This document shows, piece after piece, positions 10,023-18,067 of a stretch of 64,000 bases of DNA; the stretch's first letter is position 1, and each line of letters begins with the position of its first letter. Source of the stretch: an uncultured Holophaga sp. Lineage in GTDB: Bacteria > Acidobacteriota > Holophagae > Holophagales > Holophagaceae. Position numbers and translations under genes: made by a program. Where the stretch lies: positions 3,200,001 to 3,264,000 of the forward strand of contig OY761614.1 of NCBI GenBank assembly GCA_963664825.1. The letters run 5' to 3'. The notes beneath the pieces were generated by a model. It was not told the DNA's origin. It was given only the letters and a program-made list of their open reading frames with translations, and made no database searches.

Positions 10023-11582
10023 ATGGAAACCAAACTGGCGCTCTCGGAAGAACGGATTGCTCGGGCCCGGGAACTCTCCTCGCGCATCGTGGAACCCGTC
10101 GGCATCTTCGTGGATGCCCACACGACGGTCACCGTGGAGCGGGCCACACTGCGCCTGGCGGGGGCGGACCTGGCCGATGCCGATGGCGTGCCTGTGCCCA
10201 ATCTCGTGGTGGACCAGCTGAAGGGCCGCCTGGAGAATGGCGCGCTCCTCACCTACGTGAACGCCCTGGTGAAGACGGGCGAGACCGTGGACGGTCTCAA
10301 CCGGAAGATCGCCGAAGGGTTGAATATCGCCGAACTGCCCTTGGGCGATCGCGCCACGCTGGAGGCCAAGGCCCAGGAACTGGTGCGGGTCTTCGCCACT
10401 CGGGTGAAGGGAAACCGCGCCCATCGCGAGGCCAAGCTTCAGGAGTTCGAAGGGAAGAACCACTCGCCCTTGCTCTACCTCATCGTGGCCACCGGCAATA
10501 TTTTTGAAGATGTGAAGCAGGCCCAGGCCGCTGCCGAACAAGGCGCCGACGTGGTGGCCGTCATCCGCACCACCGCCCAGTCGCTCCTCGATTACGTGCC
10601 CCAGGGGGCCACCACGGAAGGTTTCGGTGGGACCTACGCCACCCAGGAAAATTTCCGCATCATGCGCGCGGCCCTCGACGAGGCCGTGGAGAAGCAGGGC
10701 CGCTACATCTACCTCACCAACTACGCCTCCGGTCTCTGCATGCCGGAGATCGCGGCCATGGGCGCTTTGGAGCGCCTGGACATGATGCTCAACGATTCGA
10801 TGTACGGGATCCTCTTCCGCGATATCAACATGTACCGCACCTTCGTGGACCAGAAGTTCAGTCGCATGATCAATGCCTTCGCCGGCGTCATCATCAACAC
10901 CGGCGAGGACAACTACCTCACCACCTCCGACGCTGTCGAGAAGGCCTACACGGTTCTGGCCAGCCAGTTCCTGAACGAGCGCTTCGCCTATATTGCGGGC
11001 TTGCCCGCCAAGCTGATGGGCTTGGGACACGCCTTCGAGATGGACCCCACCATTAAGAACGGCTTCCTACTGGAGCTGGCCCAGGCCCAGATGGCCCGGG
11101 AGATCTTCCCCGAGGCGCCCCTGAAATACATGCCGCCGACGAAATTCATGACCGGCGATATCTTCAAGGGCGTGGTGCAAAACGCGCTCTTTAATTTCGT
11201 CTCCCAAGCCACGGGGCAGGGCATCCACCTGCTGGGCATGCTGACGGAGGCCATCCACACGCCCTACATGCAGGACCGCTCCCTGGCTCTCGAGAACGCA
11301 AATTACGTCATGAACACCATGGCCGATCTGGGCAGCGAGATCGAGTTCAAGAAGGACGGCATCATCGTGAATCGCGCCCACCAGGTGTTGGACGAGGCCG
11401 TTGAGTTCCTGGAGAAGATCGAGAAGGTCGGCCTCATGGACGCCATGGAACAGGGGGAATTCGCCGATATCAAGCGTCCCCGGGATATGGGCAAGGGCCT
11501 CGATGGCCTGGTGAAGAAGGGGCCCGAATACTGCAACCCCTTCGAGGCCTACCTGAAGGCCGAGCTCGGTCTGGATAAGTAA
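10023..11582 (+). CDS. kamD: Lysine 5,6-aminomutase alpha subunit
   Basis: HTTVTVER, YLIVATGNI.ED, QSLLDYVP.G.T.EGFGGTYATQENFR and KYMPPTK motifs. RBS AGGAG. Confidence 0.96.
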   Translation: METKLALSEERIARARELSSRIVEPVGIFVDAHTTVTVERATLRLAGADLADADGVPVPNLVVDQLKGRLENGALLTYVNALVKTGETVDGLNRKIAEGLNIAELPLGDRATLEAKAQELVRVFATRVKGNRAHREAKLQEFEGKNHSPLLYLIVATGNIFEDVKQAQAAAEQGADVVAVIRTTAQSLLDYVPQGATTEGFGGTYATQENFRIMRAALDEAVEKQGRYIYLTNYASGLCMPEIAAMGALERLDMMLNDSMYGILFRDINMYRTFVDQKFSRMINAFAGVIINTGEDNYLTTSDAVEKAYTVLASQFLNERFAYIAGLPAKLMGLGHAFEMDPTIKNGFLLELAQAQMAREIFPEAPLKYMPPTKFMTGDIFKGVVQNALFNFVSQATGQGIHLLGMLTEAIHTPYMQDRSLALENANYVMNTMADLGSEIEFKKDGIIVNRAHQVLDEAVEFLEKIEKVGLMDAMEQGEFADIKRPRDMGKGLDGLVKKGPEYCNPFEAYLKAELGLDK

Positions 11583-11614
11583 GTGGACTTTCATTCTGGA
11601 AATGAGGTGACGAC

Positions 11615-12352
11615 ATGATCATTCGACCCTATGGCGATACGCTCGATGACGGTGCGGTGCAGCTCTCCTTCACGCTGCCGGTGGCCGACGGTCCCAGGGG
11701 CCGGGAGGCCGCCCGGGTATTTGTCGAGAAGCTGGGCTTCAAACATGCGGAAATCGTCCACTCCCACGCCATGGCCGAAGGCTTCTCCTTCTACGTGGCC
11801 TATGGCCGCACCGAGATCTCCGTGGACTTCGACACCATCCATATCGAAGAGGCCACCGGCGAGAAGATCTACACCATGGACGAGGCCTGCCAGGTGATCC
11901 GCGAGCAGCTGGGCCGCAAGGTCATCATCGTGGGCGCCTGCACGGGCTTCGACGCCCATACCGTGGGCATCGACGCCATCATGAACATGAAGGGCTACAA
12001 CCATCACTACGGGCTGGAGCGCTACCAGGAGATCGAGGCTCACAACCTGGGCGCCCAGGTGCCCAACGACAAGCTGATCGACTACGCCCTGAAGGTGAAT
12101 GCCGACGCCATCCTGGTGAGCCAGATCGTCACCCAGAAGGATGTCCACATCCAGAACATGACCGAACTCATCGAGCTCTTGCAGGCTCGCGGACTGCGGG
12201 AGCGCTTCATCGTCATCGCCGGGGGCACGCGCATCGGCAACAAGCTGGCCGTGGAACTCGGCTACGACGGAGGCTTCGGCAAGGGCAGCTATGCCGATCA
12301 TGTGGCGACTTTCATCGTGGACCGGCTCATCGAACACAAACAGAATCACTGA
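11615..12352 (+). CDS. kamE: Lysine 5,6-aminomutase beta subunit (B12-binding)
   Basis: PYGDTLDDG.VQLSFTLP and the B12/PLP motif DAHTVGIDAIMNMKG. Confidence 0.96.
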   Translation: MIIRPYGDTLDDGAVQLSFTLPVADGPRGREAARVFVEKLGFKHAEIVHSHAMAEGFSFYVAYGRTEISVDFDTIHIEEATGEKIYTMDEACQVIREQLGRKVIIVGACTGFDAHTVGIDAIMNMKGYNHHYGLERYQEIEAHNLGAQVPNDKLIDYALKVNADAILVSQIVTQKDVHIQNMTELIELLQARGLRERFIVIAGGTRIGNKLAVELGYDGGFGKGSYADHVATFIVDRLIEHKQNH

Positions 12353-12466
12353 AAAGATCCACCCGGAGGCCTAGATCACGAAGACCGATCCTCTCCGTCC
12401 GAAGTCCCCTATGCAGTGAAACAGCATCACCTTTCCGTTCCCTTAACGCCCAGTAGGAGGAATCCC

Positions 12467-13153
12467 ATGGTCAAGAAACCCATCATTTCCGCGGCCGAAG
12501 CCGTGGCCAAGGTGCGGGAAGGAGATGTCGTCATGATCGGCGGCTTCCTCGCCTGCGGTTCGCCGCACACGCTCATCCAGGCCCTGAAGGCTCAGGGCAC
12601 CAAGGACATGACCCTGATCTGCAACGACACGGCGGCCCACGACTTCAAGTCGGGCAAGATCAATGGCGTCGGTCACCTGGTGCAGGGACGGCAGTTCAAG
12701 AAGATCATTGCCAGCCATATCGGCCTCAACCAGGAGACCCAGCGGCAGATGAATGCCGGTGAGACCGAGGTTGAGCTCGTGGCCCAGGGATCCCTGGCCG
12801 AGCAGATCCGGGCCGCGGGCGTGGGCCTGGGGGGCATCCTCACGCCCACGGGCATCGGCACCGAGGTGGAGCAGGGCAAGCAGGTCATCACCGTGGGCGA
12901 CCGGCCCTACCTGTTGGAGCTGCCCATCAAGGGCGACGTGGCCCTCATCAAGGCCAAGAAGGCCGATACGGTCGGCAACTTGGTCTATGCGGCCACGGCC
13001 CAGAACTTCAACCCTCTGATGGCCATGGCGGCCTCCCTGGTCATCGCGGAGGTGGAGGAGATCGTGGAAGTGGGCGAGATCGATCCCAACGAGGTCCAGA
13101 CCCCTTCGATCTTCGTGGATTTCCTGGTCAAGGCCGAACGGCTGGAATGGTGA
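12467..13153 (+). CDS. 3-oxoacid/acetate CoA-transferase subunit A (AtoD/CtfA family)
   Basis: MIGGF, ASHIGLN, QG.LAEQIRAAG.GLGG.LTPTG and NFNPLMA motifs. RBS AGGAGG. Confidence 0.92.
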   Translation: MVKKPIISAAEAVAKVREGDVVMIGGFLACGSPHTLIQALKAQGTKDMTLICNDTAAHDFKSGKINGVGHLVQGRQFKKIIASHIGLNQETQRQMNAGETEVELVAQGSLAEQIRAAGVGLGGILTPTGIGTEVEQGKQVITVGDRPYLLELPIKGDVALIKAKKADTVGNLVYAATAQNFNPLMAMAASLVIAEVEEIVEVGEIDPNEVQTPSIFVDFLVKAERLEW

Positions 13154-13160
13154 GGCGGAA

Positions 13161-13826
13161 ATGGAATACGTAGCCAACAAGAACATCATCGCCAAGCGCA
13201 TCGCCCAGATCTTCAAGTCCGGCGATGTGGTCAATCTCGGCATCGGCCTGCCCACCCTGGTGGGCAACTACATCCCCGAGGACGTCACCCTCATCCTCCA
13301 GTCCGAGAACGGCATGCTGGGCCTGGGCCCGGCGCCAGAGAAGGGCCACGAGAACTGGGACCTCACCAACGCGGGCAGCGCGCCCGTCTCCGTGAAACCC
13401 GGCGGCTGTTTCTTCGATAGCGCCACGAGCTTCGGCATCATCCGGGGCGGGCACGTGGACTTCACGGTGCTGGGCGTGTTGGAAGTCGACCAGGAGGGCA
13501 ACCTGGCCAACTACAAGATCCCTGGCAAGATGGTGCCCGGCATGGGCGGCGCCATGGATCTCACGGCGGGTTCCCGGGAGGTTATCGCCGCCACCCTGCA
13601 CTTCGAGCCCTCGGGCGCTTCGCGCCTGAAGCGGCGCTGCACACTGCCCCTCACGGCGGCGCGGGAGGTGAATTTCGTCGTCACGGATCTGGGGTACTTC
13701 GAAATCGTGGGCGATCGCTTCCATCTCCGGGAATGCTTCGCGCCCTACACCCCCGAGTGGATCAAGGAACACACGGACGCCGAGGTCGTCATCCCCAACG
13801 ACTGCCGGATCGTGAGCTTCGATTAG
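13161..13826 (+). CDS. 3-oxoacid/acetate CoA-transferase subunit B (AtoA/CtfB family)
   Basis: VNLGIGLPT, catalytic QSENG, RGGHVD and GMGGAMDL motifs. Confidence 0.92.
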   Translation: MEYVANKNIIAKRIAQIFKSGDVVNLGIGLPTLVGNYIPEDVTLILQSENGMLGLGPAPEKGHENWDLTNAGSAPVSVKPGGCFFDSATSFGIIRGGHVDFTVLGVLEVDQEGNLANYKIPGKMVPGMGGAMDLTAGSREVIAATLHFEPSGASRLKRRCTLPLTAAREVNFVVTDLGYFEIVGDRFHLRECFAPYTPEWIKEHTDAEVVIPNDCRIVSFD

Positions 13827-13851
13827 ACCCTCTTCCATTAAGGAGAATTAC

Positions 13852-15114
13852 ATGAGTGCAGTCAGCATCGTCGGCGCCTGCAACACCAAGTTCGGTTCCC
13901 TGGTCAAACGGAACAAGGAGACCGGCGAGATCACCGACCTGAAATCCATCTACGACCTAATGATCGAGGCGGGCCAGGGCGCCCTGGCCGACGCGGGCGT
14001 GACCGGCAAGGATATCGATGGCGTGTGGGTGGGTTCCTGCGCACCGGGCATCTTTGCCAACCAGGAGCACCTGGCCGCCTTCGCCACCGAGATCGATCCC
14101 GAGGGCCTGCGCTTCAAACCCATGACCCGCTGCGAGGATGCCTGCGCCTCGGGTTCCGTAGCCCTCTATGACGCCCTCTACGCCGTGGAATCCGGCCGCG
14201 CCAAGGTGGCGCTGGTGCTGGGCGTGGAGAAGATGAACCTCCTGGACACCAAGGGCGTGACCCACGCCCTTGGCACCTGCTCCTACTGGCCCGAGGAAGG
14301 CGCCCACGGCATGACCTTCCCCAGCCTCTTCGCGGAATACGCCAAGGGCTATCGGGATCACTACAAGCTCTCCGACGATGAACTGGCCCGCATGTTGGCC
14401 CATGTCTCCGCCCTCTGCTACCGGAACGGCGTCGACAATCCCCTGGCCCACTTCAGCAAGGGCGGTCCCTCGGATAAGCTGGGTCTCTTCACCGCCGAGG
14501 CCATCCTGAATCTGCCCCCGGAGAAGAACCCCGTCATCGCAGAGCCCCTCAAGCTCCACGACTGCTCGCTGGTGACCGACGGCGCCGCGGCGCTGGTGAT
14601 CATGCGCACCGACCAGGCCCGGAAGAGCGGTAAGAATATCGTGGAGATCGCGGGCATTGGCCACGCCAACGAGCGCATGGGCCTCTCCATGCGCCCCAAC
14701 ATGTATGAACTCATGGCCGGCAAGGAGGCCGTGCGCCGCGCCTTTGCCGAAGCCAAGATCACCATTGCCGATGTGGATATCGCCGAAGTGCACGACTGCT
14801 TCACCATCAATCAGCTGCTCTGCACGGAAGCTCTCGGCCTCTCCAAGGATGGCCGCGCGGGCCACGACTACATGGCGGGCCGCTTCACCCGGGACGACGC
14901 ACACTGCGCCGTGAACCTCAGCGGCGGCCTCAAGGCCAAGGGCCATCCCGTGGGCGCCACCGGCGTCTCCATGCATGCCCTGCTCTACAAACAGCTGGTG
15001 GGTGAGCCCATCGGTGCCACCCTCACGAAGAAGACCCCCCAGATCGGCGTCTCCTTCAATGTGGGCGGCAGCTCCGTGACCAATTGCGTGACGGTGCTGA
15101 AGCGGCTGAAGTAG
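13852..15114 (+). CDS. Thiolase, SCP2/HDCF type (probable acetoacetyl-CoA thiolase)
   Basis: CASG nucleophile, GVEKM, AEVHDCF and SGGLKAKGHP.GATG. Lacks the canonical NEAF and CxGGG motifs. RBS AAGGAG. Confidence 0.88.
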   Translation: MSAVSIVGACNTKFGSLVKRNKETGEITDLKSIYDLMIEAGQGALADAGVTGKDIDGVWVGSCAPGIFANQEHLAAFATEIDPEGLRFKPMTRCEDACASGSVALYDALYAVESGRAKVALVLGVEKMNLLDTKGVTHALGTCSYWPEEGAHGMTFPSLFAEYAKGYRDHYKLSDDELARMLAHVSALCYRNGVDNPLAHFSKGGPSDKLGLFTAEAILNLPPEKNPVIAEPLKLHDCSLVTDGAAALVIMRTDQARKSGKNIVEIAGIGHANERMGLSMRPNMYELMAGKEAVRRAFAEAKITIADVDIAEVHDCFTINQLLCTEALGLSKDGRAGHDYMAGRFTRDDAHCAVNLSGGLKAKGHPVGATGVSMHALLYKQLVGEPIGATLTKKTPQIGVSFNVGGSSVTNCVTVLKRLK

Positions 15115-15131
15115 CACCCCGCTTCAACCCC

Positions 15132-15159
15132 GCAGAGGCCGCCGCAAGGCGGCTTCTGC
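15132..15159 (+). terminator. Stem-loop closing the lysine operon
   Basis: GCAGAGGCCGCC-GCAA-GGCGGCTTCTGC, 17 nt after the thiolase stop. U-tract is weak. Confidence 0.6.
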
Positions 15160-15263
15160 ATAGGGTGAACTGGCCAGATGCCAGCCCATGGGCCTATGCT
15201 TAGGAATTACCGGAAGTTCAAGGGATTGACCTCTGGCTCGCGGGGTACCACCAACAGCGCGAA

Positions 15264-16085
15264 ATGGACGTGACTTCGATGTGGAAGACTCGATTACTGG
15301 CCTGGGCCCTCATGTTCGCGTTTCCGCTCCTGGCTCAAGGGGCGCCTGCGCCTCCCAAGGCCGAGGCTCCGGTCCTGTTGCCCGGGGAAGGCTTGGCCGT
15401 GGCGGGGCCGGATGGGAAGATCTTCACCTATGGCGAGGCCGTCCGGGAGACGCCCATGGGCAGCCTGGCCAAGCTGCTCTGGATGCGCCTTGAGGGGGAC
15501 GAATGGTCCTCCCTGGGCGTCGAGTTCAAGTGCAAGGGCGAATGGAACGGCTATCACTGCTGGCTCGCCAAGGGGCATGGCCGGGTGGATCTGGGCAAGG
15601 CGCTGCAGGAGAGCTGCAACCTAGCCTTTCTGGCTTGGGTCCAGATGAGCGCGGCACGATGGCGGTACTACTACGGTGAGGGCGTGGCACGGGTTCGTCT
15701 GGACGAGGTCTTCGCGCCCTTCCTGGGGAACCGCCTCAAGGCCGGAGACGGCCTTCCCGAATTCGGTCCCGAATGGATCGGTGACGGGGACCTGCTGCGC
15801 ACCAGCCCCGAGGCCCTGTTGAAGTGGATGCTGGATCCCCATCAGGAGGAGGCCCTGAGGCTCTGTCGCCAGCATCTCCTGGGCTTCACCGGAAGCATGA
15901 TCCGGGAGCAGACCTGGTGGGCAAAGACGGGCACGGCGCCGGTGCCTGGTGCGCCAGGAGAGACTTCGGCCTGGGTGGCGGGCAGTAACGATGCCGTAAC
16001 CTGCGTGCTGCGGCTTCCCCGGGGAAAGGGCAGGGCCGATGGCCTGGCGCGCTTCCGCACCCTGATGAAGATCCCCGGCAAGTGA
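15264..16085 (+). CDS. Exported small penicillin-binding/transpeptidase-fold protein (start may be 15279)
   Basis: Signal peptide. SxxK (GSLAK), SxN (SCN) and KTG (KTGT) motifs in the correct order, plus C..G..C...GHG..DL..AL as in PBP transpeptidase domains. Confidence 0.7.
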   Translation: MDVTSMWKTRLLAWALMFAFPLLAQGAPAPPKAEAPVLLPGEGLAVAGPDGKIFTYGEAVRETPMGSLAKLLWMRLEGDEWSSLGVEFKCKGEWNGYHCWLAKGHGRVDLGKALQESCNLAFLAWVQMSAARWRYYYGEGVARVRLDEVFAPFLGNRLKAGDGLPEFGPEWIGDGDLLRTSPEALLKWMLDPHQEEALRLCRQHLLGFTGSMIREQTWWAKTGTAPVPGAPGETSAWVAGSNDAVTCVLRLPRGKGRADGLARFRTLMKIPGK

Positions 16086-17548
16086 TGCTTCTTTGGATTG
16101 CGCCTCTTCCGGTGCCCCCCGTCCTCTCGGGGGATCCGGAGGCCGCCCTGCACCTGGAGGAACCCCTTCGCGCGGCCATGGCAGCAACCGAGGGCTACGG
16201 CCCCTGGCCCTCGGGGCGCTGGGAGCTGTTCCTCCATCCGGACGCCGCTAGCTTCGAAGGGACCATGCGGGCCACTCCCCGGCGCGGAGCGCAGTGGATC
16301 GGGAGCATCCTGCATCTGCGCCCCTGGGAACAGATGAAGCGCCGAGATTTGGGCGCCCTCCTGCGGCACGAACTGGTCCATCGCCGCCTCGCGGCGCTGC
16401 GCCTGCGCTCCTGGGAGGAGGAGGCCCGCTGCCTCCACGCGGAGACCCACGTGCGTCCACCCTCGCGGTGGCCCCTGCCTCCGGCCGCGGTGATGCAGGA
16501 ACGCCTGGACCGGGCGCTCCGGGGCGGTGCCACGCGCGAGCAGGCCTGGGCCTACGGGGCGCTCCGCGCCTGGGTGGCGGGGAAGCCATTGCCGCCTCCT
16601 CCCGTGCAACTGGGCCGGACTCTGGAAACGTGGCGAAAGGAGGCGATGGCCCTCGGGAACCGGGTCCTCGTGACCTGGCCCGCCGAGAGACTTCCCGAGG
16701 ACCTGGAGATCAATGGACAGCGGTTGTCCCAGTTGCGGGGAAACACCTTCCTGTTCCGGGGTGAAGTCCGTTTCGGCGAAAACACACATCTCGGAAGGCT
16801 GCGGGGAACCGTGAAGGCCACACGGGCGGGCCGGGGCTGGAACCTGCGGTGGGTCACCACGCCCGAGGCCTGGGTGGCGGCGGCCACGGATGGGGAACTG
16901 GGCCGGGACGCGCCCTTCGAGGCCCGGCGCGCCCTGGCCTCCGTTCTGAAGCGCTGGATCGAGGGGCATCCCAGGGGGAACCATGCGGATGGTTCCCTCT
17001 GTCCCCTCACCCACTGCGCCGTGATCCGAGGCGAGGGTTCCGAGGCTACCCAACAGGCTATGCGCACTTCCCCAGACCTCAAGTTGGATGCGCGTTGGGC
17101 CTTCTTCTGCGGTTCCAAGGGAGGCGTGTCGCTCAGCCCCCGGGAGGCATGGGGGGATGGACCCGATATCAAGGAAGGCGCCGAGGCCATTCCCAGCGAC
17201 CGATGGCAGATTTGGGAGCGGACGCTGACGGCAGCCCAGGTGAAGCTGCTCAAGGGCAGTGTCCGACCCGGGCTCAGGCCGGGTCAAAAGGGGCTCATGC
17301 TGGGCGCCTCGGGCCCCTATCCCGTGGAGGAGCTCCGCCTGGCGGCGGGCCGCGCCTTCGGATGGCCCGCCTGGCCGAGCAACGCCTGTGAAGGCGAAGT
17401 GGATGCGGAAGGGCGGTTGCACCTCCAGGGCCATGGATGGGGCCACAACGTGGGGCTCTGCCTCGCGACGGCCTCCTGGCAGGCCCGCCGAGGCCAGAAG
17501 GCGGAAACGATCCTCGCGGGAGCCTTCGGACTGGAGGCTCTGGAGTGA
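16082..17548 (+). CDS. SpoIID/LytB-like domain protein with N-terminal HExxH peptidase-like domain
   Basis: LLRHELVH in the N-terminal part. The C-terminal part has ..GE...AP.EA..A.A, C..THC.V..G, GG......W and G.GWGHNVGLC...A..G.....IL, which are SpoIID signatures. Confidence 0.7.
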   Translation: MMLLWIAPLPVPPVLSGDPEAALHLEEPLRAAMAATEGYGPWPSGRWELFLHPDAASFEGTMRATPRRGAQWIGSILHLRPWEQMKRRDLGALLRHELVHRRLAALRLRSWEEEARCLHAETHVRPPSRWPLPPAAVMQERLDRALRGGATREQAWAYGALRAWVAGKPLPPPPVQLGRTLETWRKEAMALGNRVLVTWPAERLPEDLEINGQRLSQLRGNTFLFRGEVRFGENTHLGRLRGTVKATRAGRGWNLRWVTTPEAWVAAATDGELGRDAPFEARRALASVLKRWIEGHPRGNHADGSLCPLTHCAVIRGEGSEATQQAMRTSPDLKLDARWAFFCGSKGGVSLSPREAWGDGPDIKEGAEAIPSDRWQIWERTLTAAQVKLLKGSVRPGLRPGQKGLMLGASGPYPVEELRLAAGRAFGWPAWPSNACEGEVDAEGRLHLQGHGWGHNVGLCLATASWQARRGQKAETILAGAFGLEALE

Positions 17549-17871
17549 ACGGAGGCCCGTGGTCCGTCTACCTCCTGCGCTGCGGCGACGGGACGCTCTA
17601 CTGCGGCATCGCCCTGGATGTGCAGGCCCGTCTGGAAGCCCATGGGGCCGGGAAGGGGGCCAAGTACACCCGGGGACGGGGGCCGCTGGAACTGGCGTAC
17701 TCCGAAGTCTGCGGATCCAAGGGGGAGGCCCTGCGCCGGGAACAGGCGATCAAGGCCATGCCCAGGCCATCCAAGCTGGCCCTCATCGCGGGTGACGCGA
17801 ACGTGCGGACAAGGGGCGGATCTTTCCACCGCGAAGAGCGCAAAGAACGCAAGGGTGAGGCGCAGAAGTAG
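17545..17871 (+). CDS. GIY-YIG nuclease family protein (UPF0213/YhbQ-like)
   Basis: WSVYLLRCGDGTLYCGI, R...H..GKGAKYTRGRGP and ALRRE..IK. GTG start overlaps the upstream TGA. Confidence 0.9.
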   Translation: MNGGPWSVYLLRCGDGTLYCGIALDVQARLEAHGAGKGAKYTRGRGPLELAYSEVCGSKGEALRREQAIKAMPRPSKLALIAGDANVRTRGGSFHREERKERKGEAQK

Positions 17872-18014
17872 ACCATCGCGATCTGGCGGAGCGCTTGGAC
17901 AGGCACCGCCAAGCGGCCCGGAGGGGATTACAGAAAGGAGTGCGAGGGGAGGGGGCCCACCACACTGTCCATCACTGTCTATGTTTGGCGTTCTCGGCGT
18001 TCTTTGCGGTGAAA
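17825..18014. repeat. Imperfect inverted repeat built from 9-nt-period units (AAAGAACGC-like)
   Basis: Left arm CACCGCGAAGAGCGCAAAGAACGCAA (17827-17852) pairs with right arm TTGGCGTTCTCGGCGTTCTTTGCGGTG (17985-18011). Confidence 0.65.
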
Positions 18015-18067
18015 AACTATTCTGGAAAGGCCCTCCAGCGGATCGCTTGCGGCTACCGGGTTAAGCC

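Noticed and set aside
2863..15117. Long antisense ORFs opposite the lysine genes, and similar ones elsewhere (e.g. 22130-23248, 35081-36526, 62154-63950)
   Set aside because: These are shadow ORFs expected from strong GC3 codon bias opposite well-supported genes, and they carry no motifs.
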